In this document: piece after piece, positions 17,933 through 27,598 of the stretch
Position numbering within the stretch: position 1 is the first letter of the stretch
Layout of the letters: each line of letters opens with the position of its first letter
DNA from: Candidatus Micrarchaeota archaeon
Lineage (GTDB): Archaea > Micrarchaeota > Micrarchaeia > Norongarragalinales > SBBD01
Assembly (NCBI GenBank): GCA_018819225.1
Contig: JAHJQN010000008.1
Coordinates: 160,001 to 224,000, forward strand
DNA length: 64,000 nucleotides
Direction of reading: 5' to 3'
Translations under genes and position numbers: made by a program
Notes under the pieces: model-generated
What the model saw: only the letters and a program-made list of their open reading frames with translations
What the model was told of the DNA's origin: nothing
The model's database searches: none

Positions 17933-19201
17933 ATGAACGTCTTCTTCAAAACGTACGGCTGCACATTGAACCAAGCCGACGCGGAGCTGGCCCAACAACT
18001 CGTGCAATCCCATGGACATTGCATCGTCGAAAACGAAAAGAATGCCGATCTCGTTATCGCGACCACGTGCGGCGTCAAGGAAACCACGGAAAATAAGATC
18101 CTGCATTATTTACAAACACTGGAAACCCGTAAAAAACCGTACATTGTAGCGGGCTGCCTTCCCGCCATGAACATAAAAAAAGTGAAACGCTTCGCGCCTT
18201 CCGCCAACGGATTCATCGGACCCAACCACCTGAAAAAAATTCCGGAAATAATGGAATCATTAAATGGAAAAGCGGTGGAAGCACTGAATGCGCCATTCTC
18301 CGAAAAATTTGAAATCAGTCCACGCGGCCTTACCCCCATTACTCGCATCCAAATTTCATCCGGATGCTTGAGCGCCTGCAGTTTTTGCGGTACGAAACTC
18401 GCACGCGGCATGTTTCAAAGCAAGCCGGAAGAACGCATTATTCAAGAGGCCGAACGCGCCGTGTCCGCAGGCGCCAAGGAATTGCAGTTGTGCTCGCAAG
18501 ACACCGGATGCTACGGATTCGATCAACAAACGAATCTGGCGCGAGTCGTCAAACAATTAAACGCATTGGAGGGAAGGTTCCGCATACGCATCGGGATGGG
18601 TTCGCCTCACCACATGATGCGCTTTGAGGATGAACTCGTGGAAGCGCTCCGAATGCCTCACACCTACCAATTCTTACATATTCCGTTACAGTCCGGAAAT
18701 AATGAAATACTTCAAGCCATGCGACGGAATTACGCGGTGGAAGACGTGCAAGGGTTTATATCTCGTTCAAGGAAAGCCATTCCGGGGATAACGCTTGCTA
18801 CGGATATGATTGTCGGGTTTCCGGGGGAAAGCGAAGTTCAGCACCGCGATTCAATGACGCTTTTGAAAGAACTGCGTTTTGATGTGGTGAATGTGAGCAA
18901 GTACTCCGTACGAGAAGGAACCAAGGCAGCTGAAATGGAGCAAGTGCCATCCCAAATAAAAAAACGGCGAGCGAAAGGAATGGCCGTCCAGGAACGGAAT
19001 ACGGCTTGGGAAAAAAATCAGGCGTTTATCGGAAGAACGTATCCCGTGCTGCTCACGGAGAACGGCACCCGGGGATTTCTGGCGGGAAGAAATGATTTCT
19101 ATAAAACGGTGCTCGTTCCGAAGGAAGGAAAAGAAATAGGGCAATTCGTGGAAGCGGAAATCGAATCCGCCACTCCCTCGTACTTGAAAGCCAGAAAATG
19201 A
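17933..19201 (+). CDS. mtaB: MiaB/MtaB-family radical-SAM tRNA methylthiotransferase (likely t6A37 methylthiotransferase)
   Basis: TYGC..N, TC.VK, GC, the CxxxCxxC motif (CLSACSFC) and a C-terminal TRAM domain. Confidence 0.9.
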   Translation: MNVFFKTYGCTLNQADAELAQQLVQSHGHCIVENEKNADLVIATTCGVKETTENKILHYLQTLETRKKPYIVAGCLPAMNIKKVKRFAPSANGFIGPNHLKKIPEIMESLNGKAVEALNAPFSEKFEISPRGLTPITRIQISSGCLSACSFCGTKLARGMFQSKPEERIIQEAERAVSAGAKELQLCSQDTGCYGFDQQTNLARVVKQLNALEGRFRIRIGMGSPHHMMRFEDELVEALRMPHTYQFLHIPLQSGNNEILQAMRRNYAVEDVQGFISRSRKAIPGITLATDMIVGFPGESEVQHRDSMTLLKELRFDVVNVSKYSVREGTKAAEMEQVPSQIKKRRAKGMAVQERNTAWEKNQAFIGRTYPVLLTENGTRGFLAGRNDFYKTVLVPKEGKEIGQFVEAEIESATPSYLKARK

Positions 19202-19305
19202 AAAAAGAGGCGTAAAAAGGCGCTTATAAAGCAAATAACGATTTTAAACCCCCTTAGCGTACATCCGTCCTATCAATTAATGAATTCAACCGAAAAGGTG
19301 ATTAG

Positions 19306-19890
19306 ATGCAGTTTGTAGACCAGTGGGTTGCCGTATTAACCAAACCCAAGGAAACCTATGCGTCCGAAAAAGGAAAATCGAGCCTCGCGGAAGGAGCCAA
19401 ACATCTGGCCGTTGCGTACGGCATCATGGGACTCATCTATGGACTGGGCATCGCCTTGTTCTCGGCATCCCTGACCGTGATTCCCGGAGCAGGAGCCATC
19501 GCCGGACTGGGAATGGCCATGATCGTCGTGGCGCCCATTATGATGGCTGTCTTCGGCATCGTCGCAAGCCTGATCGGTAACGGAATCATCTGGATCATCG
19601 CGAAAGTATTGGGAGGAAACGGGCCGTTCGAACAACAGTTTTACTTGAGTTCATTGTACTTGGCACCCATCGCCTTGCTAGGACTCATTCCGCTCGTGGG
19701 CATGTTGGCTGGGCTCTATGGATTGTACCTCTTGACGCTCATGCTCAAGGAAGTGCATGCATTCGACACCCTGAAAGCCGTGGCCGTATGGATCATCCCC
19801 GGAATCATTGGATTCATCATCATGGGAGCAGCGGTCATGACGCTGATTGCCGCGGGTGCAGCGGGCGCAGGCAACGTTCCAGTCCGATAA
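19306..19890 (+). CDS. YIP1-family membrane protein
   Basis: VLTKPKETY start, IAKVLGG.G, five hydrophobic segments; SD AGGTGA. Confidence 0.85.
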   Translation: MQFVDQWVAVLTKPKETYASEKGKSSLAEGAKHLAVAYGIMGLIYGLGIALFSASLTVIPGAGAIAGLGMAMIVVAPIMMAVFGIVASLIGNGIIWIIAKVLGGNGPFEQQFYLSSLYLAPIALLGLIPLVGMLAGLYGLYLLTLMLKEVHAFDTLKAVAVWIIPGIIGFIIMGAAVMTLIAAGAAGAGNVPVR

Positions 19891-19901
19891 AATGGCCGGA
19901 A

Positions 19902-19929
19902 TTTTTTCTTTTTTCCTTTTCTTTTTTTT
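19902..19929 (+). terminator. Oligo-T archaeal terminator of the YIP1 gene
   Basis: Long T/C tract about 12 nt after the stop codon. Confidence 0.6.
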
Positions 19930-19981
19930 ATTCTCAAGCTCCATCTGGCGCTGAGCGCGAGAAATCAGTTAATGAAATCCA

Positions 19982-22003
19982 TTAGCAGCCGTGCTTGCCT
20001 TCGCTGAACAGCTTGATCATCTCGGGAAGCAGCTTATGCTCCTCTATCAATACGCGCTCCGCGAGCTTCTCAGCCGTATCACGAGGTTTCACGGGCACGC
20101 GACGCTGTCCCAAAACGATCCCCCCATCCACATCGGAGGTCACCAAGTGAACGCTGCAGCCGCTTTCCTGATCCCCGGAGGCGAGGACCTGCTCATGGCA
20201 GTGAATGCCCATGCAACCCTTAAACTTGGGCAATAACGTCGGATGAATATTGATGATTCGTCCAGTAAATGGCTTGAGAAGCGTCTCGCCTACAATGCGC
20301 ATGTAACCGGCGAGTACCACGAGACGCACGTCCCGCTTCTGCAATTCCTTCAGAATCGCTTTCTCGTGCCCGATTCGATCGGAATACGCTTTCGAATCAA
20401 TGCACACCGCGTCAATACCGTGTTGTTCCGCCCGTTTCAATGCGTGCGCATCCGGACGGTTCGAGATGACGACGCTGATGTTCACGTGCAACGATTTGTT
20501 ATCCACCGCATCAATAATGGATTGCAGGTTACTGCCGCGACCCGAAACCAGTACCGCTATATTGAACGAGCGCTCCAACTTCTTGCGACCACGGGCATAC
20601 GCGTTAATCTTTTCCGTGGGGTAGACATCCGTCAAACAACTTAAACAAATGTCCTCGCGAGGCAACCCGATGGAATTCACTAAACCGTCCAGCGACATGT
20701 ACTGCACGCTATCCGCACCCAATTCCGCGCGTATTTGCTCCGTATTCCGAGCCGAAGCAATCAATTCCTTGTACGTCGGAAAGTCAATACCCATGTAACA
20801 CGGTGCAATAATGGGAGGGCAGGAAATCAGGAGGTGTATTTCCTTCGCGCCCACCGAGCGCAGCATTTTAACGAGTTTACGCGTCGTGTGGCCTCGCACG
20901 ATACTGTCATCCACGATGGCGACGCGCTTCCCTTCAATCAAGGGTTTCACGGGAGACAGCTTCAATCGAATGGAGGACTTGCGTTTGGAATCCGCGGGCA
21001 TGATAAACGTCCGATGAATATAGCGGTTCTTGATCAAACCTTCAGCAAACGGAACGCCGCTCTCCCGGGAAAACCCCAAGGCAGCGGAACGCCCGGAATC
21101 CGGAACCGGAATCACGACATCCACTTCATTATGAAACGGTCGGGCCAACTCGATACCCAAGTTTTCGCGCACTTGATAGACATGACGGCCATTAATAATG
21201 GAATCCGGACGCGCGAAATAAACGTATTCGAACATGCAGTGCGCGCGCGGCCGAGCTTTCATGACTTTAGATTCCACGGACGTGCCTTGAATGACCACGA
21301 TTTCGCCGGGAAGGATCTCGCGATCGTATTGCGCGTCCAACGCATCCAGAGCGACGGTTTCCGATGCCACGTAAACGAGTTCGTTAACCAACGTGCGCTT
21401 GCGGCCTAAACACAAGGGCTTGTAACCCTGCGGATCGCGCGCCGCAATCAAGACGCCGTTGGACAACAATAAAATCAGGGAGTATGCGCCCTCCAATTGC
21501 GTCATCACGGATTGCATGGCCGTAATATAATCGGCCGACGACGGGACACGCGTATGAAGTCGTTTGAGATGATCCGCAAACAGTTGCAAAATGAGTTCGG
21601 TGTCCGCCGTGCACGAAAACTTGAGGGAGCCCCCCAAGCGTTGTTTCAGTTCTTCATAATTGACGATGTTGCCATTAAAGGAAATGGCGATCTGCAAGCC
21701 ATTCGCATGGCGCATCAACGGCTGCGCGTTATCTACGGTAGAGGTGCCGGTCGTAGAATACCGGACGTGACCCGCCCCCACTGAACCGGTGAGCCAATCC
21801 AAGTCCTCGTAATCGAATACCTCGGACACCAGACCCATCGCTTTAATGGTACGCAACTTCTTGTTCCGAACCACCGTAATCCCCGCAGACTCTTGCCCGC
21901 GGTGTTGCAACGCCGTTAAGCCATGGAAAAGACTCAGCGGCACTTCAACGGAAGGCGTCTTTCCGGATACGCCGATGACGCCGCATTTTTCTTTCACGGC
22001 CAT
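19982..22003 (-). CDS. purF-purN: Fused amidophosphoribosyltransferase (PurF) and phosphoribosylglycinamide formyltransferase (PurN)
   Basis: PurF part: EK|CGV N-terminus, LQHRGQ, GHVRYST, VDDSIVRG and Fe-S cysteines. PurN part follows in frame: IAVLVSGRGSNLQ, LAGYM, NIHPTLLP, VDGG. Confidence 0.93.
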   Translation of the reverse strand: MAVKEKCGVIGVSGKTPSVEVPLSLFHGLTALQHRGQESAGITVVRNKKLRTIKAMGLVSEVFDYEDLDWLTGSVGAGHVRYSTTGTSTVDNAQPLMRHANGLQIAISFNGNIVNYEELKQRLGGSLKFSCTADTELILQLFADHLKRLHTRVPSSADYITAMQSVMTQLEGAYSLILLLSNGVLIAARDPQGYKPLCLGRKRTLVNELVYVASETVALDALDAQYDREILPGEIVVIQGTSVESKVMKARPRAHCMFEYVYFARPDSIINGRHVYQVRENLGIELARPFHNEVDVVIPVPDSGRSAALGFSRESGVPFAEGLIKNRYIHRTFIMPADSKRKSSIRLKLSPVKPLIEGKRVAIVDDSIVRGHTTRKLVKMLRSVGAKEIHLLISCPPIIAPCYMGIDFPTYKELIASARNTEQIRAELGADSVQYMSLDGLVNSIGLPREDICLSCLTDVYPTEKINAYARGRKKLERSFNIAVLVSGRGSNLQSIIDAVDNKSLHVNISVVISNRPDAHALKRAEQHGIDAVCIDSKAYSDRIGHEKAILKELQKRDVRLVVLAGYMRIVGETLLKPFTGRIINIHPTLLPKFKGCMGIHCHEQVLASGDQESGCSVHLVTSDVDGGIVLGQRRVPVKPRDTAEKLAERVLIEEHKLLPEMIKLFSEGKHGC

Positions 22004-22088
22004 TCTGAAGGCCTCGTATACCCAATCGGTGCGTTCAATTGAATCATGCCCGCGTACCTATTAAAACGCATCAGACCGTCTTTCCACG

Positions 22089-24302
22089 CTATTTCATGCA
22101 ACCGGGAATCCGGCGCTCGAACTCATCCCGCATCGCAGTCACCGCGCAATCCACGACGCGCTTGCGTGAAGATTCCGAATCAAATAGGACAAAACGTTTT
22201 TCAAGAACCGGCTTTCCGATAATCTCCGCCTTGACGTTCCGGCTCTTCGCCAAGTTCAAGAGCTTCTGAGGCTCGCGCGACGCGACTAAAAACCGGCCAG
22301 GGGTCTCCGCAAACATGATTTCATCCGCCTGCAGTTTTCCCTTGGAAGGCAACCGATCCAGTTGCACCTCCGCGCCCATATTGCTGCGAATGCACATTTC
22401 CGCCAACGCCAAACCAAAACCGCCAGACGACACGTCGTGACAGGAGGAAATCAAGCGCAGCTTGTTCGCTTCCAAAATAATTGAAAGGGTTCGTTTTTCC
22501 CGGTCGAGATCAACGGAAGGCGCCTTGCCGCCCTCCCATTTCAGGATCGAGTGCGCGTATTCACTTCCCCCGAGCTCGGGAGCCGTTTCTCCAATAATGA
22601 CGATCGAATCCTCCGTGTTCCGGAAACGCATCTCCGTAATGCGCGCCATGTCCTCCACCACGCCTACCAAAAGAATGACGGGAGCCGGCTTGATGGCTTC
22701 CTTGGTACGGTCGTCCTCATTGTAAAAAGAAACATTGCCACCGACGCACGGAATCTGCAACATCTTGCAGGCATCCGCAATACCCCGAACGGATTCAGAA
22801 AACTGCCAGAAAACAGCGGGATCGTTCGGATTACCGAAATTCAAATTGTCGACCATGCCAACGGGCACCGCGCCCACGGCCGCCAGATTGCGCGCGCACT
22901 CCAGCACGCTTTCCGCGCCCCCCGAATACGGGTCCAAATAAGATAAACGGTACACGCAATCCGTTTTCAATGCCAGACCCTTCTTTTCCGTCAAACGCAG
23001 CACCGCCGCATCCGTGTCCCCTGCTTTTAACACGGTACGGGCCTGCACCTCATGATCGTATTGTTGATACACCCAACGCTTACTCGCCAAATTATCCGAA
23101 CGCAGCATATTCATGAACACGTGATTCAAGTTTTCGGGAACCGGCGGGCGTTTTTGTTTGGCAAGCGTTTTCACGTACTCCGGAACTTTTACTGGCATCG
23201 AAATCGTGGGAACATCCGTTAACAAATCCACCGGAATCTCGGCCACGACGCGGCCCTCGAACTCAATCACAAACTGAGGTTCATCCGTAAACGAGCCAAT
23301 CACCGCATGAGTCAGGCCGTACTTATCAAAAACGTTCGTGAGATGCTTCAAATCCTTCGGAGCACACGAATAGAGCATGCGTTCCTGCGATTCGGACAAC
23401 ATGATTTCCATGGCCGTCATATCCTTCTCGCGAAGCGGTACCGCCGACGCATTGATCTTCGCTCCCTTGCCGCCCTTGAACGCCATTTCCGACGCGCAAC
23501 ACGTCAGCCCTCCGCCTCCAAAATCCTTCAACGCCTTCACTTTACCGGAGGGAAGCAATTCAAGCGTCGCATCCACGATCAACTTCTTCGTGAACGGGTC
23601 CGGAATCTGAACGGCCGGACGCTCGCCCTCACTCTTCTCACTCAAATTCTTGGAAGCGAACGTCACGCCGTGAATGCCGTCGCGGCCCGTGAGACTTCCT
23701 ACTAACACGAGCAAGTCTCCCGCATCCCTTGCTTTTCCGAGAATCAATTGATCCTTGGCCACGAGACCCACGCAAGCCGCGTTCACGATGCAATTCGTTT
23801 CAAAACCGCGATCGAAATTCGTATCGCCCGCCACCGTAGGAATCCCCACGCAATTCCCGTAATCCGCAATGCCTTTCACCACGTAATTCATGAGCCACTG
23901 CGAATGCTCGCTATCCAAGCGACCGAAACACAACGAATCTAAAACGGCGATCGGCGTCGCACCCACCGCAAGAACATCCCGAATAATGCCTCCCACGCCG
24001 GTGGCCGCACCGCTATACGGTTCAATGGCGGACGGATGATTATGCGACTCGATCTTGAACGCAATGCATTGATTGTCTCCCACATCCACCACGCCGGCAT
24101 CAAAACCGGGTCCCAATACCACGCGCTTTCCCTCGGTAGGCAATTGCTTCAACACGGGTCGAGACGTTTTATAACTGCAGTGTTCGCTCCACATGATGTC
24201 AATCATGCCGGCTTCCACGGGAGAGGGATCGCGGGACAAGCGCTTCTTGACGAGCGCCAGTTCTTTTTTCGTCAAATCGACTTCGATGCCCGAAACCATC
24301 AT
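22089..24302 (-). CDS. purL: Phosphoribosylformylglycinamidine synthase subunit PurL
   Basis: WSEHCSYK, ESHNHPS, LSESQERM, GGNVSFYN, HDVS.GG. Confidence 0.97.
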   Translation of the reverse strand: MMVSGIEVDLTKKELALVKKRLSRDPSPVEAGMIDIMWSEHCSYKTSRPVLKQLPTEGKRVVLGPGFDAGVVDVGDNQCIAFKIESHNHPSAIEPYSGAATGVGGIIRDVLAVGATPIAVLDSLCFGRLDSEHSQWLMNYVVKGIADYGNCVGIPTVAGDTNFDRGFETNCIVNAACVGLVAKDQLILGKARDAGDLLVLVGSLTGRDGIHGVTFASKNLSEKSEGERPAVQIPDPFTKKLIVDATLELLPSGKVKALKDFGGGGLTCCASEMAFKGGKGAKINASAVPLREKDMTAMEIMLSESQERMLYSCAPKDLKHLTNVFDKYGLTHAVIGSFTDEPQFVIEFEGRVVAEIPVDLLTDVPTISMPVKVPEYVKTLAKQKRPPVPENLNHVFMNMLRSDNLASKRWVYQQYDHEVQARTVLKAGDTDAAVLRLTEKKGLALKTDCVYRLSYLDPYSGGAESVLECARNLAAVGAVPVGMVDNLNFGNPNDPAVFWQFSESVRGIADACKMLQIPCVGGNVSFYNEDDRTKEAIKPAPVILLVGVVEDMARITEMRFRNTEDSIVIIGETAPELGGSEYAHSILKWEGGKAPSVDLDREKRTLSIILEANKLRLISSCHDVSSGGFGLALAEMCIRSNMGAEVQLDRLPSKGKLQADEIMFAETPGRFLVASREPQKLLNLAKSRNVKAEIIGKPVLEKRFVLFDSESSRKRVVDCAVTAMRDEFERRIPGCMK

Positions 24303-25000
24303 CGCACGAGCACCTCTTTCATGCTTTCAAATACTAGCCGCGCCTTCTCGTTATTGAATGGATTCAAGATACGCTCGGACGCCCGCTCCGGATGCGGCAT
24401 CAAGCCCACCACGTTGCCTTCCGGACTACAAACCCCTGCAATGTTATCAAACGAGCCGTTCGGATTCGACTCCGGCGTTTCATTGCCCTTGAAATCCGAA
24501 TACTTGAATACGATCTGTTCGTTATCCTCCAACTCCTTCAACTGCTCCGGCGGAATAAAGTAATTGCCTTCCCCATGCGCAATCGGCACTTGAAACACGT
24601 CGCCGCGAACGAACTTGCGCGTAAACGATGTGCGAATCGTCGTCACCTTCAATTGCACCCACTTGCACACGAATTTCAGCGACTGGTTTCTCAGAAGCGC
24701 GCCAGGAAGCAACCCCGCCTCCGTCAGCGTCTGAAAACCGTTGCAGATGCCCAGAACCGGACGGCCATCCTTCGCCATGCGCTTCACTTCCTTCAACGCA
24801 GGAGAAAACGCGGAAATAACGCCTCCCCGAAGATGATCCCCGTACGAAAAACCGCCCGGAAGAACCGCGGCATCAAAACGAGATTCCTTGAAATCACGGT
24901 GCCAAACCAGCTCGGCGTTCATGTGAATGACGTCCCGCAGAACGTGCAACGCATCCAAATCACAGTTGGCTGCCGGAAAACGAAGGACCGCTATCTTCAT
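24299..25000 (-). CDS. purQ: FGAM synthase glutaminase subunit PurQ
   Basis: PGGFSYGD, GICNGFQ, MPHPER. Start moved to MKIAVLRFP (25000); the track gives 25036. Confidence 0.96.
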   Translation of the reverse strand: MKIAVLRFPAANCDLDALHVLRDVIHMNAELVWHRDFKESRFDAAVLPGGFSYGDHLRGGVISAFSPALKEVKRMAKDGRPVLGICNGFQTLTEAGLLPGALLRNQSLKFVCKWVQLKVTTIRTSFTRKFVRGDVFQVPIAHGEGNYFIPPEQLKELEDNEQIVFKYSDFKGNETPESNPNGSFDNIAGVCSPEGNVVGLMPHPERASERILNPFNNEKARLVFESMKEVLVR

Positions 25001-25028
25001 GTTAAAACCATTAAAATCGGAGGAGACA

Positions 25029-25289
25029 TCACGCAATCGAAACAGAATAATCTTGGGAAACCGGATTCGCGAGACGCAACTCGCGACACATCTTGTCCAC
25101 CATGGATTTGGCTTTGTCCTTGTTAGCGGCCTTCAGATGAATCCGCAATAGCTTGGCGGTACGCACCCGATCCACGTGCTCAAACCCGTTCCGCTTCATC
25201 AAATCATTGGCGATGGTTGCCCCCTCGGGATCGCTAAGCGATGGCTTGTATTCGATGGTAACCTCGGCCACAAACTCTTTTTCCGTCAT
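25029..25289 (-). CDS. purS: FGAM synthase subunit PurS
   Basis: DPEG..I, VR..K, LANPV..Y. Start placed at MTEKEF after a GAGGGGG SD. Confidence 0.93.
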   Translation of the reverse strand: MTEKEFVAEVTIEYKPSLSDPEGATIANDLMKRNGFEHVDRVRTAKLLRIHLKAANKDKAKSMVDKMCRELRLANPVSQDYSVSIA

Positions 25290-25410
25290 GAGACAAACCC
25301 CCCTCGAAATCGATGAGACCAACAGTTTACACTGGTTTTCTTAATAATGTTTGCGGCCGTACGAAAAGCATATATATCCGGAATGCATTACGCATCGGCT
25401 GATTCTTCCG

Positions 25411-26292
25411 TCAGGCTTCAAACAATAGCGATAAGTCGATGGGCTTCGCGCGCAAGGTCAATGCACTGGAGGAAACGAAATCCGCTCCGGCTTTCAAGTA
25501 CGACGACGCGTTTTTTTCCGTAATGCCTCCGCTCGCCTCCAAAATCAACGAGGGATATTTCCGGCGCAGAACGCGAGCGATCCTCCGCACGTGGTAAGGA
25601 GAGAGATTGTCTAACAAGAGCGCATCCGGCCGTTCCTCCGCAGCCGCCAATGCCTCGCGCATCGAACGAACCTCCACTTCAACTACAGGAGAGCGCTTGC
25701 CGCGATGCCCTCGAACTTTTTGAACCGCTATACGCAGCGCATTCAAGTAAGAAACGCGTTGTTCCCTCGCAAGCGCCGCCACATGATTCTCCTTGATCAG
25801 ATACCCGTCAGCGAGGGACAAGCGATGCGTCAGGCCTCCGCCTACTTTCACCGCACGCTTCTCGGAATCGGAAAGCAAGGGATGCGTTTTGCGCAAGCTC
25901 GCGATCCGCGGTCCAAAACGATCCGCCAACGCTCGAGTCGCAGTCGCAATCCCGCTCAACACCATCAAATAATTCAATGCGGTACGCTCCCCGGCCAGAA
26001 TGCGGCGAACGTCGCCGCGCACTTCCAATAACACGCGGCCTTTGCGAAAGCGTTGGCCTTCCCGAACCCGGGCTCGCACCTTCAAACCACGAAATACGGA
26101 CTGCGCTTCCGGTAACCCGCAAAAGACTCCGCTTTCCTTCGCGATCACGCGGCCGGTAACCGATGACTTCAGATTCATGGCGACCGTGGTCACGTCCGCT
26201 GAAGCATCTTCACGCAATGCGAGCAACGCCTTCCTTTGAGCCCTTGCAGTAAACGTTTCCGGACGTTTGGAAAACCCATTAAGAGAACGCAT
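25411..26292 (-). CDS. nadC: Nicotinate-nucleotide pyrophosphorylase (quinolinate phosphoribosyltransferase)
   Basis: ERTALN, SGIAT.T, RKT, HR..L.D..LIKENH, EVEV, LLDN, EASGGI. Confidence 0.92.
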   Translation of the reverse strand: MRSLNGFSKRPETFTARAQRKALLALREDASADVTTVAMNLKSSVTGRVIAKESGVFCGLPEAQSVFRGLKVRARVREGQRFRKGRVLLEVRGDVRRILAGERTALNYLMVLSGIATATRALADRFGPRIASLRKTHPLLSDSEKRAVKVGGGLTHRLSLADGYLIKENHVAALAREQRVSYLNALRIAVQKVRGHRGKRSPVVEVEVRSMREALAAAEERPDALLLDNLSPYHVRRIARVLRRKYPSLILEASGGITEKNASSYLKAGADFVSSSALTLRAKPIDLSLLFEA

Positions 26293-26348
26293 GAAAGGGG
26301 TTGAGGAGACCTTCCTCTTAAAAGCCTTTTCCGGTAAAAGAAAAGGGT

Positions 26349-26648
26349 ATGGACGAAAACGAACAGGAAGAATACGGAAAGCGGGCGGAAGAAGCGCAGC
26401 ACCGGGCCCAACAGGACGCGGCGCTGAAGAACCTGCTTAGGAAAATGCTGGAGCCGGAAGCCTACGAGCGCATTCAGAACATCAAGCTATCCAACCCCGA
26501 GCTGTACGCGCAACTCATCAAAATGATCGCGTACTTGCAGCAAAGCGGGCAGTTGAAAAGCAAAGTATCGGAAGTCCAGTTGAAACAAATCGTGTCCCGG
26601 ATTCTGAGCCAGAGAAAGGAAACGAGCATCCGGTTCGCGAGAAAGTAA
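26349..26648 (+). CDS. PDCD5-family DNA-binding protein
   Basis: L.PEA.ERI.NIKL..PE, QLK.IV..I, and a C-terminal I.F.RK. Confidence 0.88.
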   Translation: MDENEQEEYGKRAEEAQHRAQQDAALKNLLRKMLEPEAYERIQNIKLSNPELYAQLIKMIAYLQQSGQLKSKVSEVQLKQIVSRILSQRKETSIRFARK

Positions 26649-26695
26649 AACGGATCCTGCGGGCATCGATTCAGGCGAGTCATTAGGGGGCGCGA

Positions 26696-26741
26696 GAAAA
26701 ACAAGAAAAAAAGAATGGAAAAAGAAAAAAGAAAGAAAAAA
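26696..26741 (-). terminator. Oligo-T terminator of the pilin gene
   Basis: Long A/G tract on the + strand, which is a T/C tract just after the pilin stop on the - strand. Confidence 0.55.
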
Positions 26742-26750
26742 GCCGGAAAC

Positions 26751-27215
26751 TTATTCCAGCTTTCCGCGGATGAATCCGCCCGTGTCCGTGTGCGTCAATA
26801 GACTCTGCGAGTCATTGTACGTGATCGACACCGTGTAGTCGTACGCGTCTCCCGGATTTCCATTAATGCCGTCACAGTTTATGGTAAGCAAACCGTTGGC
26901 TGGCACAATTGCAGGATTCGGGCTCGGAACGCAGTTGTTGAGAGCGTTTGGAGCAGTACCGATCGTGGCAGTACTAACCGTAATGACGCGGCCTACTGCG
27001 TTACCGAGAACGAGCGTAGCCGTACTCGTAGCGTTCGCTGGAACCGTGAAGTCCGAACATGTGAACGCGGTAAAACCTCCACATTCTTTGCCTCCACGGA
27101 ATTTGGCGGGGTTGAAGACTCCGGTATACCACAAAACGGCCGCAATAATGACGATTGCCAGAATGGCCCAGCCGTAGGTCACCAGATACTCCAACGCGGA
27201 TTGACCTCTTTTCAT
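26751..27215 (-). CDS. Type IV pilin-like protein (class III signal peptide)
   Basis: MKRG|QSALEYLVTYGWAILAIVII, a class III cleavage site with E5; SD AGGTGA. Confidence 0.9.
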   Translation of the reverse strand: MKRGQSALEYLVTYGWAILAIVIIAAVLWYTGVFNPAKFRGGKECGGFTAFTCSDFTVPANATSTATLVLGNAVGRVITVSTATIGTAPNALNNCVPSPNPAIVPANGLLTINCDGINGNPGDAYDYTVSITYNDSQSLLTHTDTGGFIRGKLE

Positions 27216-27330
27216 TAAATCACCTGCTTAGGCGGGTATTAATAGTACCCAACAAACCTGAAACCAATAATATTAGCCTCTTTAAAAGGATTTCCATTCG
27301 TACGAGCCAAACCCGACGGAAAAAAACGCG

Positions 27331-27531
27331 TTAAGACTTCATGAAAATTTCAAAAACAGCGGGCAAGTGCAAGGCGATACCGGCGATCAGTAACGGAATA
27401 GCGAAATCAAAAACGAGTCCGGAAAAATAGGCGCCCAATGCGAGTCCGGCCAGGAAATCGCCTATGGCCACAAAAATGTGGCCCCAGACGCTGATGCGCT
27501 TCAAACGCTCGCGGAATTTCTTTTTTTTCAT
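27331..27531 (-). CDS. Small hypothetical membrane protein (2 TM)
   Basis: Basic start MKKKKFRER followed by two hydrophobic helices; start moved to avoid the purM overlap. Confidence 0.6.
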   Translation of the reverse strand: MKKKKFRERLKRISVWGHIFVAIGDFLAGLALGAYFSGLVFDFAIPLLIAGIALHLPAVFEIFMKS

Positions 27532-27598
27532 GCACGCTACCCAAAGCCATATTAAACAGGCGTTATTAACCTTTTCCATTCGAGGGGAAAAACGGGTT

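Noticed and set aside
27464-27598. Long N-terminal extensions given by the track for purM (also purQ, purS, rnp2, rio1, ndk, atpH)
   Set aside because: They overlap neighbouring genes or promoters, and downstream starts match family N-termini and SD positions.
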